Below are positions 23,801 to 38,800 of a DNA stretch of 64,000 nt, piece after piece. The notes below the pieces were generated by a model, which was not told the origin of the DNA, did no database searches, and worked only from the letters and a program-made list of their open reading frames with translations. The DNA comes from Mytilus edulis (Eukaryota): positions 46,500,001 to 46,564,000 of the forward strand of contig NC_092347.1 in the NCBI RefSeq assembly GCF_963676685.1, read 5' to 3'. The position numbers and the translations under genes are program-made. Each line of letters begins with the position of its first letter. Position 1 is the stretch's first letter.

Positions 23801-26800
23801 CACAAACTTGTAAGTACTGTCTCTTGTAAGGAATGAACCAAATGTATACTGAAATTATACAAATACTTATAGTTAAGTTATATATTCACAGATGGAAGAA
23901 ATGTTTTTTAAAATATAAAAACTAACATCAAAAGAAATAATAAATGTTTAGGGTGGGATTTTAACTAAAGCATGGAAAATAGTACTTATAAAAGCCAAGA
24001 ATCATTAAAAAATAGATAAAACACTACAAAACTACAAAAGCCAATACTTTAAATACTTGATTTGACAAAAAAACTTCGAACATCAATAGGATATAGACTG
24101 AGTAATCAACTCTAATGTTCAAAAGTTGATGTATTTTGTTGCATTCACTATGATATCTTTTTCAATTGATAAATTATTCAATGACCTAATGAAATGACAA
24201 TGTTTTAGCCTCCCTTGTCCTAAATGTTTATTACAAACTGGATCCCTGTCTTACCTTTTTACCAGCTGTTTGGAAACCAATGGCATTTGGAATGATAAGT
24301 GCTGTTTTTTCCCGTGTAATGCTGATAACTCGGCTCATTGGAATTTCCAACTGAAAGGGGAGAGAATAAAGTTATTTTTTACTTTCTTTTTTTATTGCTA
24401 AGGATTTAAATCTAACACTTAAAGGGAACTAGAAGGTTAGCTGAAAGGAATGATATATGCATGAAATGTACATGAGTAAATAATCCACAAGGAAATAGCT
24501 CATGTTATCTATGACTTCTATGCATTTGGTCTCTTGTTGAGAGTTGTTTTATTGGCAATACCACATCTTCTTATTTTTACATATATCAAAAGTACAGTAC
24601 AGTACTTAAGTTGTTGTCTTTTATCTCATAGTCACATCAGATCCTGTATACAGTGTATTACAGTAACATTAAAACATTGCATAGAATGGATTAAAGGCAA
24701 ATACTCCCTAAAATTCTTATATTCTTTTTCACACCAGTTACAGCTACTAATCTTTAAAAGAACATATGCAGCAGTTTAGGAACTGTGTATAAAATGGTTA
24801 AGTCTTTTCCTAAATGTAATTACCTATTTCAGAAGGTATATTATCATAACACATAACAGTACACCAGGTAAATTTGGTATGAGCACACAAACCTCCATGA
24901 CTTCAGAAAAGTTTTCAATTTTAAAGTTTTTTAGAAAATGGATACTTCACAAAAGTAAATAAACTCAACAATGAAGAAACAGTAACCTTGAAACTCACTG
25001 TACTAACATTTTTTAGAAAGAGCACAATTTTTTAAGTGATTATGGCTTTACTTGATTATAATGACTACATCGATGTGACATGAATAATTACGGAGTCCTA
25101 TAGAAAGTTACAGAACATATCAATTACATATAAACATTTAATTTCCCAATACTATATGAATGCTAAATCAACAAAATTTGTTTAAGGAAAGTGTTTACGC
25201 TGATAGAGTAAATATTTAAAGAACTGAAAATGATATCATATAAAATTTACATAGTCATTCAAATATGTATGCTACCAAGTACTGAAGAAAAGATTAACTA
25301 TTTTTAAAGATCATTTCTACCCTGGATGTAAATTTACCCAACCATATGAAAATCAGCTGTTTCTGATAGTAAACTGATATTATAATTTTCATCTATTTGT
25401 TTGGTAAACAAAGCCATATCAGATATACCTGATAGTTAATGATACTGAACATGTACTTTTACTTTTTTTGGTTAATGATGTTGAAACTCGGGTTCCTGTT
25501 GTTATAAATGTATAGGTTCTTTTGCACTATGTACAAATATTTGACTTTTTACAGCAATTGAGGTAAAAATATCAACTTTTATAGAACGGCAAATAAAAAC
25601 ATCAATGTTTTTTGTTGAATTATTGATTCATTCATATTTCTATGTCTTCATCACATTAATAACATGAAGGGGGTATCATTGGGGGGTTCGGATCCCGGAT
25701 CCCGCTTACTGTTTTATCAGATTCCTGTATCCCGCTTACACTATGTACATAAGCATTTCTCATTTTTTTGTCATTTCCCGGGTCCTGCTAGACCTCATGT
25801 CCCATTTTCACGACACAATAATTTGACTTTCATATGTCACGCTTACCAAAAATCGGCAATCCTGCGTCACGCTTAGACCCCAAATGAGACCCACCATGAA
25901 CTTACTATTTATCAGTCCAGAAAATAATAATTTCAATTTACTTCTTTTTATGTTCTTTCAAATGTTAGATTGATACTTATAAGTAATCCAAAAGAACGAA
26001 CTTTTTAGATTTTATATACAGGGTAACCTTATTCAAACTAAAACTGATAGACAACAATTGGATTAAAATGTGTTGAGAAAATTTAATATTTAAAAAATCA
26101 CCTCAATTGTTGCCAAAAGTTTTTTTTTTAAATTTCAAATATCCTATTCATTCTGAATAGTATCTTTTTCATTATGTAAGAAGTCAAGAATTTCTGTTTT
26201 ATAAGCCTTATGTACTCACATTAATAAATGCAAGCAAACATTTAAAATCAAGAGTACTTGTTATTTATGACAACCTTTTACACCCAACAGTTATATAATA
26301 TATTTTTTTTACTATTCATTTACATTTTATGCAATGTATATGATATTGAATGGATCTAGATGACTGATCATAAATACAATCACTGAACTATCGATAAAAC
26401 TTCAGGTTAAAAACTACATGTAACTGCAATACATGATATGAATTTCTTAAAGTGACATTTAACATCTATAAAAATATTTTGCAACTGTTATGAAATACAC
26501 TGTACTTATTCAACTCATTCAATATAGCAGATTTTAAGTGAAACAGATGCTCAGAAAAATGCAGTCATTGCTATAATATAACCATGATAACTGAAACATT
26601 TTCCCTTGCAATGACATTACAAGATTCCAAGGCTTCTAGTTGAAGAGGTATTGATCAAAGCATAAAGTCACTTCTACATGAAATAATTTTAAAGATGACT
26701 CCTTGTATTTGATGAGGTTTTTCGTCTCATCCCTTTATTTCTAGAATGTCATTTCATCTCCAAGAGGTTAACTAAGTTGATACAGCACATTTTAAGGACT

Positions 26801-29800
26801 TCTTCAAATATAAAAATAAGATGTGGAATGATTGCCATGAGACAACTCTCTACAAGAGCCCAAATGACACAGAAATAAACAACTATAGGTCACTGTAAAG
26901 CCTTCAAAAATTAGCAAAGCCCATACCACATAGTCAGCTGAAAAAAGCCTTGAAATGACAAATGTCTTCAAAGAAGATTATTATAGATTTCCAAATAATA
27001 TGTCCCCTGTGGTGAGTTGTCTAAACAAATTCAGAGAATCATTGGATACAATCAGGATATCCAGGTCTAACTCTTTTTTTCTTCTATATTTCCAATTTAA
27101 TTTCATAAATGTGATCTTAGCTTATGACAGCATTCCAGGCCAAGTTTTGCAATAAATAAATTAAAAAACTTCATGCAGAAAACTGAATTTTTAACAGTTT
27201 ATAAAGATTATTGTTACCAAATTAAAAAATAAATAAGGACACCATTTAAACCTCTTGTATATAATAATATGTGCCTAATTATAATATCTTTTTATGTAAT
27301 CAAACTTGTAAAGGAAAATCTCATTATTACATAATCTATACTCTAAATCCTAGTGATAAACAATGTATATTCAATGTCTATTATTTCTAGATCATATAAC
27401 TTTTACATGATTTAACTTAAATTAAATCATATTTCAATAAACTAGCATAAACAAGACCACAAAGTATCTACAAATCTAGTATAAAGGTGGTACCTAACAC
27501 TACAGGGAGGTAACTCTGTAAAATTAGCTAAATGTTTTAATTACGTTGCGTTGTTACTTTAAGGGAATATTAAGCTTTTCAATGTTCAAAATAAGGGTTT
27601 GTCAAAGTGCTATATAACCAGTGTAATTTTTCTGATGAAATTTTTATATTTTTGTCAAAGAGTCAAAGTAAATACTTTTACAAAATTTTATAAAAATTAA
27701 ACAAGCCAAATTAATTTTAGATAAGGTTTTGGGTACCACCTTAAATCTCTCCAAAGGTTTATTTTCTCATCTGTTTTGTCTAACTCCTCCTTAGCAAAAT
27801 TTCATTTTAGTATCTGCTTTTCAGACAGCTCTGAGACAAGTTAAACATGTATTATTTATATACAGAGTCATTTAAGGGGAACCTTAGCAAAGCACAAAAT
27901 GGTACTTGACAAAAATGGTTTGCTATAATGTCGTCTTCATTTAAGTCCTAATAAATGGAATAAACATAGTAACAACTTCATTTTAAGCAATGCTTTGGTT
28001 ACCCTGTGTTTACTGTTTTATCAAAACAGCTGAGGATTTACAAATGTATGAACAATATGATTGAGTTGTAACTTACCAATCGTCCCCTCCCCCTGATCTT
28101 GGAGTGAAAGCAGAAGAAATTCTGGGAGATATATAGATGTCCCTGGAGAAGAATGTCTCCAATAAAGGCACAGGAAAAATCTGTCAAAATATAATTGTAA
28201 TATTAATATATTCTTAGACAATTGTAGAAAAAGGATTTGATGTTATGGTTAAAACTCACTGAAATGTTTCTGTTTACTTTATATGTAACTTGTATCTATA
28301 TCTATTTGTTTAATGTTTGATTGTCTTTCAGTAGACTGTTGAATTAGCTTTGTTGCATATAATACTAGTGTAAAACATTGCATATTCATACTTCAGCTAG
28401 ATATGCTGATTATCACTGAAATAGTACATATTTTGGATTAGGGGCCAGCTGAAGCCTGCTTCCAGGTGAAGGATTATCTCCCTGTGTTGAAGAGCCATTG
28501 GTGGCCTTCAGCTGTTTTCTACTCTTTGGTCAGGTTGATGTCGCTTTAACACATTCTCCATTTCCATTCTCAATTTTATTGTATCACAACTGAAAAATGT
28601 CCTCTGAACATTATATCAATAAAATTACATAATATCATTGAATTTGTTGAAGGTACCATATGTCAGCGTTCGATAGTTCCAATGTCTGATCTATTTTTGT
28701 TAAAAAGTTCTCAAATCTGAACTATTTTTATCAAAAATTACAAGTAAGAACTTTGCCATATATTTGGATATTTTAAAAGACTTTGTCAATATATCCCCTC
28801 TGACTGTTTGGTTTGTATATAGTTTCACTATAAATACAAATCATTCATTGAAAATTTCAATAAATATCGAACATTTTTATGTCTTTGATTGATCAACAAC
28901 AATTTGAACTTGTAATTATATTTTCCAACTAAAATAAATCCTCTAGAAACTAATACTATGCTTTCTTACAATATTGACATTTGAAGCCCCTTTATATCTT
29001 TTGAACTTGGGTTTTTGATTGTGTCAAATTTCAGAACCTAATTCATTTTGCCATTTAAATCATTTTTAAAACCCATTAATCTATAAAATAAAAAGTGTGA
29101 GACGATTTAATGGCCATTTCATTTCAAACAATTCAAGAAAAATCTTTTATGCTCTTTAATTATACAAAAGTACACGTGCTATCACAAGAAATAATGCCAG
29201 CAAAATCCTCGCCAAAATCGATCACTATGTTCTAAGTTAAATAATCAATGACATATATTTTAACAATGAATTAAAACATTACAAGGCTGTGAATCAAATA
29301 AACCTATAAATACCATCTAGAAATAGACTTGATTCACTGATAGGGCTTAAAGACAGATTAAAACATTTTAATTGCAGTAATTTTCAAAAGATGTTACAGT
29401 TCATGTCAGGAACTGACAACTGCTTGCATGCAAGGATGTTTATTACAAAGGATCAGCATTAAATGCAATTTAACCTTTGCTATTTTCTTATACTGTTACT
29501 TGTATGAATAATTCTTATGTCCATGAATTCAAAAATATTTAGACCCAGTGTGATTCAAATTGAAGTAATGCATGGTTTCAGGGAATTACAAAAACTTGAT
29601 CAGATAAACAGAAATCCAACTACCAGTGTTGGAATTTGCACAAACTGCTTTTCAATTTTAGAAGACTTGAATGGGAAATGCAGAGTTTTTGCCTAAAATT
29701 AAAAGGATAAAAAAAAGGATTTCATAAAGTGTAATTGTTAGTTATCACAATACATGAGACAATTAAGAGCTTGAATATCTTTCTTTCTTTAAGTTTCTAA

Positions 29801-32800
29801 AATGGGTAAAAATTTAAAACAAGAGGCTCTCAAGAGCCTGAATCGCTCACCTGAATTTTTTTGGTTTAATCTCTCATCAATGATTATTTTGGCTTTTCAA
29901 TTTATTTAAATGTTCTTTGAATCGTCCTATTTTCTTCAAAAGCAAAAAAAAATCATTTTCTCCTATGTTCTATTTTAGCCATAGGAGCTATGTTTCTTGA
30001 CATACAAGGAAATGAAATATAAAATTTATACTAGATACTCTGAAACTCTGAAACTCATTTAGCCTAAGTTTGGCTGAAATTGATACAGCAGTTTCATAAG
30101 AGAAGATTTTTTTAAAATAAGTCAACATGATGAACAAATTGTGAAAAAAGTCTTTAAAGGGCAATAACTCCTAAAGAGGTCAATTGACAATTTTGGTCAA
30201 ATTGACTTATTTGTAGATCTTACTTTGCTGATCATATTTGCTGTTTACAGTTTATCTTTATCTATAATAATATTCAAGATAATGACCAAAAACTGCAAAA
30301 TTTCCTTAAAATTACCAATTAAGTGGCAGCAACCCAACAATTGGTATTTGATTCATCTGAAAATTTCAGGGCTGATAGATATTGACCTAATGAACATTTT
30401 TACTTCATGTCAGATTTGCTCTTAATGCTTTCGTTTTTGAGATATAAGCCAAAAACTGCATTTGACCCCTATGTTCTATTTTAAGTAACGGCGGCCATGT
30501 TTTTTGACGGATCAAAAATCAAAGCACACAATTTGTGCAGGATAATCTAAGGAACAACCATGCTAAGTTTTAACCAAATCCATTCAGTAGTTTCAGAGGA
30601 GAAGATTTTTTAAAGTTAGCAAATATGATGAACAAATTGTGAAAAATTGTCATTAAAGGACAATAACCCCTTAAGGGGTCAATTGACAATTTTGGTCATA
30701 TTAACTTATTTGTAGATCTTACTTTGCTGATCTTTTTTGCTGTGTACAGTTTATCTTTATCTATAATAATATTCAAGATAATGACCAAAAACTGCAAAAT
30801 TTCCTTAAAATTACCAATTAAGTGGCAGCAACCCAACAATTGGATGTTTGATTCATCTGAAAATTTCAGGGCTGATAGATATTGACCTAATGAACATTTT
30901 TACTCTGTCAGATTTGCTCTTAATGCTTTCGTTTTTGAGATATAAGCCAAAAACTGCATTTGACCCCTATGTTCTATTTTAAGTAACGGCGGCCATGTTT
31001 TTTGACGGATCAAAAATCAAAGCACACACTTTGTGCAGGATAATCTAAGGAACAACCATGCTAAGTTTTAACCAAATCCATTCAGTAGTTTCAGAGGAGA
31101 AGATTTTTTAAAGTTAGCAAATATGATGAACAAATTGTGAAAAATTGTCATTAAAGGACAATAACCCCTTAAGGGGTCAATTGACAATTTTGGTCATATT
31201 AACTTATTTGTAGATCTTACTTTGCTGATCTTTTTTGCTGTTTACAGTTTATCTTTATCTATAATAATATTCAAGATAATGACCAAAAACTGCAAAATTT
31301 CCTTAAAATTACCAATTAAGTGGCAGCAACCCAACAATGGTTTGTTTGATTCATCTGAAAATTTCAGGGCTGATAGATCTTGACCTAATGAACATTTTTA
31401 CCCCATGTAAGATTTGCTCTAAATGCTTTCGTTTTTGAGATATAAGCCAAAAACTGCATTTGACCCCTATGTTCTATTTTAAGTAACGGCGGCCATGTTT
31501 TTTGACGGATCAAAAATCGAAGCGCACATTTTGTGCAGGATATACTAAGGAACAATCATGTTAAGTTTTATTCAAATCCATTCAGTAGTTTCAGAGGAGA
31601 AGATGTTTGAAAAATTGTTAACGACGACGACGACGGACGCCAAGTGATGAGAAAAGCTCACATGGCCTTTTAGGCCAGGTGAGCTAATAATCTTGGGTTA
31701 TAATATTTCAGTGGAAAAAGTCCGTTTATCACATTTAGAAATTTTCCTACATGTACTGGTACTGAATGCAAATACAAATGCTAATATTATAGCTATGTAC
31801 AAGTCAAACATCAATATTTATAACTAACACACCCCTCTACTTACAGTCAATGGGCGATTCCTCTGGCGGGACAGACTTGAACAACTTGTGAAACTTTTCA
31901 TATCTGGAGTTCCTGCGAGTTGGTGAAGTTTCCTGAAACATAAACAAAGATTAATTAAATGAAAATTGAATTATCAACTGTAACGAAAATAGTTAATAAT
32001 ATCCTTATCACCCCTTCCATAAAAAGAAAAAAATAAATAACAAAACAACATTCAACCATTACAATAATACCAAAAAGGGATTAAAGGTGCCATTAGGAAT
32101 TACTTTCAGCTTGAGACTACAAGAGTAGGTGTGCTTAAATTGCAAGCCACAAGGAAGAAAAGTATTCAGTAAAATGATAGTAAATTATAACTCTCTGAAA
32201 CTCAAGAATACCTGATGCTCAGGGGCTTAAGACTTAAAAAAAGCACCAAACAAAGGCCAGTAATATGGTAAGTGTAAATCTTCTATTCTTGTTGTAAATA
32301 AGTTCTCTATTCTAGTATAGTCCCTTAAATTTAATATTATCGAAGGTTTTAAGTTTCTCTCTTTTTCTTGGATTAAAGTTCCAAATTGACTTGTAGGGTT
32401 TTAAGTTTGCTTTATCTTTGTTAATGTGAACTTTTTATTTTATGTAGATCCCTATGGATCTTATCTTACCTATTCTACTTAATTTTAGGTTTGCTAGTCT
32501 TGTGCATTTTAATATGTAACATAGGTTGGTCCTCATGATTTTTTTCTCTTGACCTAATACTTTTATAGTGTTTTTTTGTAGTAAAATTATAATTAAATTA
32601 TGTCAGAACTCAATGATCAAATTCAACTTAACCTAAAACCAGTCCTATTCAGAACAAATCAATGTTTTGAACTACTTTCAATCAAAACATGACAAAAGTT
32701 TCTAAAATTAACTTCAATTTTAAAAAAAAACTTCAATTTAAATTCCAATACAATACTTCCTAATGTTATGGAAAATCTGATAAAGCTGGACTGCACAATT

Positions 32801-35800
32801 ATTATGTACATATAACACTCCAAAAGCATTTAGTTTTGTCAATTTAAAACCTTGGGCCAAATAATGTCGGTTTTTGAAAAGTCAATCTGTCTACAAAAAC
32901 ACATGACAAAGACTGAATAAACAGAATTATATTAAGTTAGCTCAATTTAGCTGACTTTTAAATGAAAGAGATCAGTGTATGCCTAAGCTATGGAATTTCT
33001 AAAATAAGATAAATACAATATTTTTCTGAAAGACCGAACTATATTTTTAACCCGTTCTCAAAAATGTTCATGCTGTTTGATTGAAGCATTGATTGCGTTC
33101 AGTCAGCAACCTGTCTGTCATATTCAGAACTACTGCATGTTATTGGCAACACTACTTTGAACTTGACCAATAATGCTTATCTGTCCTTGCTAACTCACAA
33201 ATAAAAATTAGTCAGAAGTCTGAAGCTAATACCGGTAGCTGCTTGTCCTGAACATGCATGATATATATATGCCACAGGGCATTAAGCAATGCACTACCAA
33301 TCAAAAATATAATATAAGCTGCGTTTGATGTAGACAATGTGCCTCTCTTGATGTTCATACTAACAGTTTTAAAACAAATCTGTATTTTCAATAGTTTTCA
33401 CTGACATTCTGAAATAATATGATTTCAACCAAAATTTGAATTTAAACCATTCACGCTCTATAATCAAAAAGACAGTGTTAATTGATAAACTAAAAAAATT
33501 AATTATCCTAGAAAACTAATTAAAATCATGTTAATTTTTAATGAGATCTACCATTTTAATATATTCCAATTTTCTAGATTTCATATTAAGTTATTTTAAA
33601 ACACTTCTCAGTTTGAAAAGTCACCACAAATGTATTGTTATAATATCATTAGATTATTTCAATGATGAAAATAAAATTAAAATATGATACAAATGGTTAT
33701 TAACAAAGCAATGAAAGTTGGTCCTCTGAGCAACATAAACGACTGCCTCTGCAGTAACATTTATATAACATGACATTTATTTGTTTTTTTGCCATGACAT
33801 TCTCAATTTATGAGTTTCAATGTCCCTTTTGTATCTTTCCGTTCCTTTTTATTCTCTATGTCTGCTATAACAAATCATGTGCAATTCGAGCTATCTACCA
33901 ATTTTACAAGTGACATACTTTTATAGGGAATTCCATATAAAAGAGGAAAAAAATGTCCTCAGCTTTCAGACAGCATTAAATTATAAAATTTCAGAAATTG
34001 TCAATACGTTTCCAGCTCTTTATCAGTTTTTGTGACTTTTAAAACATTAATTTCATCTGTGCAGACTTCTCTTTAAATGTCAATAATATTGTTATCTCCG
34101 TTGAGACTTCTGTTCACCATTAGACACAGCAGTTTTTTCCTGTCTACATGTTAATATTGACGACTCAACAAGGAATAGTATTCATCCTTTCAAATTGCAG
34201 ATATTTTTCCGTCACGTCACGTTTTTCAAACAATGGATACTTCTCGCTTATATTTCATGACACACAAAACAAAAAGTGTTATATCTAACAGCATCATCGA
34301 CAATGGACACTATTTAAAAGTAATATTATATGACTAACAGAATGACTATAGTTCTTATAATAAACAATCCATTGTTTATCTATTGGAAAACGGATAGTTT
34401 ATTTATCTGCAATGTGAGAATTATCACAATATTCTATAGTCATGATAGCTAAGACTGCTTCCTCTTTTGAAAAGTAGAACATTGAATTGATTGAGTGTCG
34501 TCTGCCTAATGCCCAGTGGCAAATTCAGGAAAAGAACAAATCTAAAAATGTATGCAATAAGAAATTTCGTAGAGTAGGTCAACTGGGATCCTAACAAGTT
34601 TGGTAAAAAAGCCAGCTATTAATCACATTTAAAAATGATTGCAAAAGATCAATATTTTTTTCTCTGCTCCTCATTTGAATCAGTCTAAATTGATACTTTA
34701 TTCAACTCAGCAGATTTCATTAAAGACTAAATAAGATTGCTCTTAATCAGTTTGGTATATCTTATAAAGGCATCCCTGCTATGATGATAAACTGATATTT
34801 AAGGTTCAGTGGCAAATATTACATGCATATCAGGAAGAGAACGTGTTAATATGATATGAAACTGATAACTGAATTGAACTCCAAAAAAATGTTTATAAAG
34901 CCTGAATTTAAACATGCTTTAAGTTCACAATGTTTGTGAGTAACTGTCTGCTTGAAGTCTATCTATAAAAAAGAAGATGTGGTATGATTGCCAATGAGAC
35001 AACTATCCACAAAAGACCAAAATGACACAGACATTAACAACTATCGGTCACCGTACGGCCTTCAACAATGAGCAAAGCCCCTATATCCGTAAACTATTAC
35101 TGTGGATTCATTATTACATTTATTAGTTTGATACCAATTCATGTGAATCACAAATTAAATGCTCAACAATTGACAAATTTTGTTAAGGCTTGTATACAGA
35201 TTTGGGTAAAAACATGAAATTAAATATCTATGAACATGAACATTTTCCTGAATCCACGAAAATTGGTATCCGCTAAAATAAATGAATGCACAGTAATTAA
35301 TATAAGACCTACCTTGTGTGTATCTTTCTTGCTCATCACTGTCCACCAAGATCTACCTGTAAAAAATAATAAAAATCATGAGGTCATTGTTTTCTGTACA
35401 TCCTTACTTAAGCTCTAAAATTGAGAATGGAAATGGGGAATGTGTCAAAGGGACAACAACCTGACCATATAACAGACAACACAGGCCCGTAGCCAAAAAT
35501 TTCCAGGGGGGGGGGGTGTATTTGGACTCGTGAACTCGACCTTAACACTCACAATTTGAAATAAGGTTTTGTATTTGTTATTTTGAATAATTCTTTCAGT
35601 CTCTTTGAGGTTACAGCAAAGATTCTAGAATTACATTTAACCATTTTTCAATTCTTAGTTAAAAGTTTGTTTTATTTCCAACTAAAAAGATTTCTAAAAA
35701 TTATCCGAACTACATTCAATTACCATTCTTTTATCAACTAACAGAGGTGTCACATTCTTATTCACTTACGTTTCATTGTTAAATAACAATTCCAAAAAGA

Positions 35801-38800
35801 ATTTTCTACAAGAGAAGTTAAGTTGTCAAAAGTGGTATTTTATACAAAAAGAGTACATGTACTTCTTTATAAAATGTTTTCAAGTGGTATATTACATCTA
35901 CTTGACAAAATTTCAGTAAGATTTTGTTTGGGCTTGTTATTTCCGTATCAATTGTTTTGTAATCAAGAGTGGGGCTTTAACTTAATATATGGAAGTTGAA
36001 GTAAATCAATATTTTCATCACTTAATTTTTATTTATTTTTTCTCCTTAAAAGAAAATCATTCCAGAATTCAAAAGTTTCAAAGCAGGCTTGAACCAAACA
36101 GATATACATAGCCTCATATTCTACTTGTTTGTAAGCCTTAATCAAACATATGTAAAAACACTTATATACATTTTGGTCAATGGAAAGTTATTCTATATTT
36201 ATCTAAATTTTTATATCTTTTTTTAAAAGGACAAAAATCTACCTGCACATTAAGTAAATATTCATTTAATTCTAATTTCTAAGACTTGCTGAACAAATCC
36301 TTCAACACCACGATTAAAAATTTGATAGACAGTTAAATTCTATAAAATAATGCATTGGCTTTTCTAATGGAGTTTAGTATTTAGATGTACAACATATAAG
36401 ATTTAAAATTAAAAACATGTACTGAAAAGTTCAATTATAGAGAATCTTCATTGATTATCCTAAAAACCTTCATTCTATGTGTGTCTGAGTAATGTAAAAG
36501 ATCATATATGGCTTCTTAATTTTATATTGCATCTTCACTCGAATTTCTCATGCATATTGCCTGCCACCTTAGGTATTTGCAAAGACTAATTATACTCTGT
36601 TGGATAGGTTTTCAAACAAATATATAAGTAAATTCATGATATGTTTGGAACCTATAAAAATTTCAGTGAAACTTGCTAGAATAAGTCAAATAAAACATTA
36701 AAATAAAAAATATTCAAATTGTTTTCAATTACTTTTAAATCATTATCAGTTGTTTACCTTTTGGGGTTCAATTACAATGATATTTTCCAACAAAAATTCC
36801 TGAACAGTATATGCTAATGTTTGGTGGTTTTTATCTTTATTTTTGCTAAGTTGAACATAGAAGTCTTAAAAAAAATCAAGTTCAATAAATTTGAAAGCAT
36901 ATATATTACTTACATAAATAAGTTTAAATCCAACACAGCTAGCCCAATGAATGGAATTTAAACTTTAAATTTATACCGTTTTAAAAATGTCCATTTGAAA
37001 ACTTGGTGAAATGCTTTGTTTTTTTTATTACTAACCAAAACAAAAGCCCTGTATAGTTGAAAATCTAGTACTTACAATAAGTTTCCACAAATCAATTGAA
37101 AAACTTACAATTTTAACTAGGATATAATGACATTCGTTAATCAAATAGGAAATAAATAATATATAATTATAGTATTTAGACAACAATGACCAGTAATTAA
37201 AATATCAATAGTTTTAAACATGTTACCACTTGAGTTACCTGTCCATTTGTAATATTCACCTGGTCATTTCAGGACAGAATGGACACACACATTTGTATCA
37301 TATTTCAATCAGTAAACTTTTTAATTATATAATATGAAGTATGAATTTTTGAATACAATATGGGTATACATTAATGAGACTGGGTATTACATCTAACCTG
37401 TAACCTGAACCACAACAATAATCAAATACTCAACTTATGTCTGTGTCATTTTGGTCTTTTGTGGATAATTGTCTCATTGGCAAACATACCACATCTTCTT
37501 TTTTATATTATGTCTTCAACAGACTAGTGTCAAATACATAATCTTAGACGCTCTTTACTTTCTAAATGGAGTATATAAGACTAGACATAAAACTTCTAAA
37601 TAATTAATTAATTTCATAAAATTATTTTTAAAAAAATTTATACTTTATCCAAGGCCTTAATTCTAAACTTACATCTGTATATTATAGTACAAGGAGTTAC
37701 TTTACAGAAGTATGCATATGTTGCAAGAATTCAATATGAGATTTTCCACATTTTCTCGAGCTTCTTCCACTGAAATAGGTGCTGTTGCTTTATACAAAAT
37801 AAATTACTTTCCCGCCCTTTATATTTTAGTTTTATATGGTCTATCTAAGTTAAATGCTTCATATTTTTAATTTCTAATTAAATTCATCCAAACAAAACTG
37901 GTCATAGAAGATCTCACTGTCTGTACCAGAAATTGAGAGTCAAAAGATTTTGACATGTTTTTTTTTAAAATAAGCAGAAATTTTCAGTCCTAATTAATTT
38001 TTTAATTTGAAAAAAAGCTTCCAGATCATATTCTCGAGACTCATACTGATATATATCCCCACTTTTATCACCGAAAACAGCATGTTCTTACGTACAGTTT
38101 CTATTGGTAATTCTTATTCTAATGATCTGTCAATCATAATTACATATAAATTTTAAAAAAATAAAATCATTCCATAAACTGACCTACCAAAACTAATCAA
38201 GCAATAAATATATGACTAGCCATATTACAGTTACAATCATTCTAATTATTAACTGCTGTTCTTTAATTTAACTCTTAATCTTAAAATCTGCTTATATACC
38301 ATATATATAAATATATCAGAAAATTACATATCAGTCTGATAATTTCTTTGCTGCAGATTTTGTTTATAAGGTCCCTAAGTCAGGCCTTCATAACTTTAGT
38401 ATATAAACGAGGAACAATATGCCATTTTCAAATACCGACCGTGCAAGGGCTGTATAGTCAGTCAAGGTCGTTAAAAACTTCCATTTGTTGTTGTCATTTT
38501 CAAACCATATAAGTCAAATCCTATGTATATTTTAATCTTTTTTTCAGTTCTGAATGATAATTTTCAGGTGTGTTAACAAAGTATGTTGTTTCACACAATA
38601 TAATTTCTATATATCCATAATATATTTCTGAGAAAAATAGGCATATGAGAAAACAAATAAACAAAGACAATTGAAAATAAGTTCTTCAACATAAGTCAAA
38701 CTCTAATTAATTCAAAATTTCTTCCTTTTTTCACATTACAAAAAAAGAATGTACAAAAAAAATGTTACAGTAACATAACAATTAAATTAACATCATTACA

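Noticed and set aside
33950-34270. Possible alternative first exon of the GRAMD2-like gene
   Set aside because: The ATG-initiated minus-strand frame I checked stops after about 15 codons, and there is no convincing donor.
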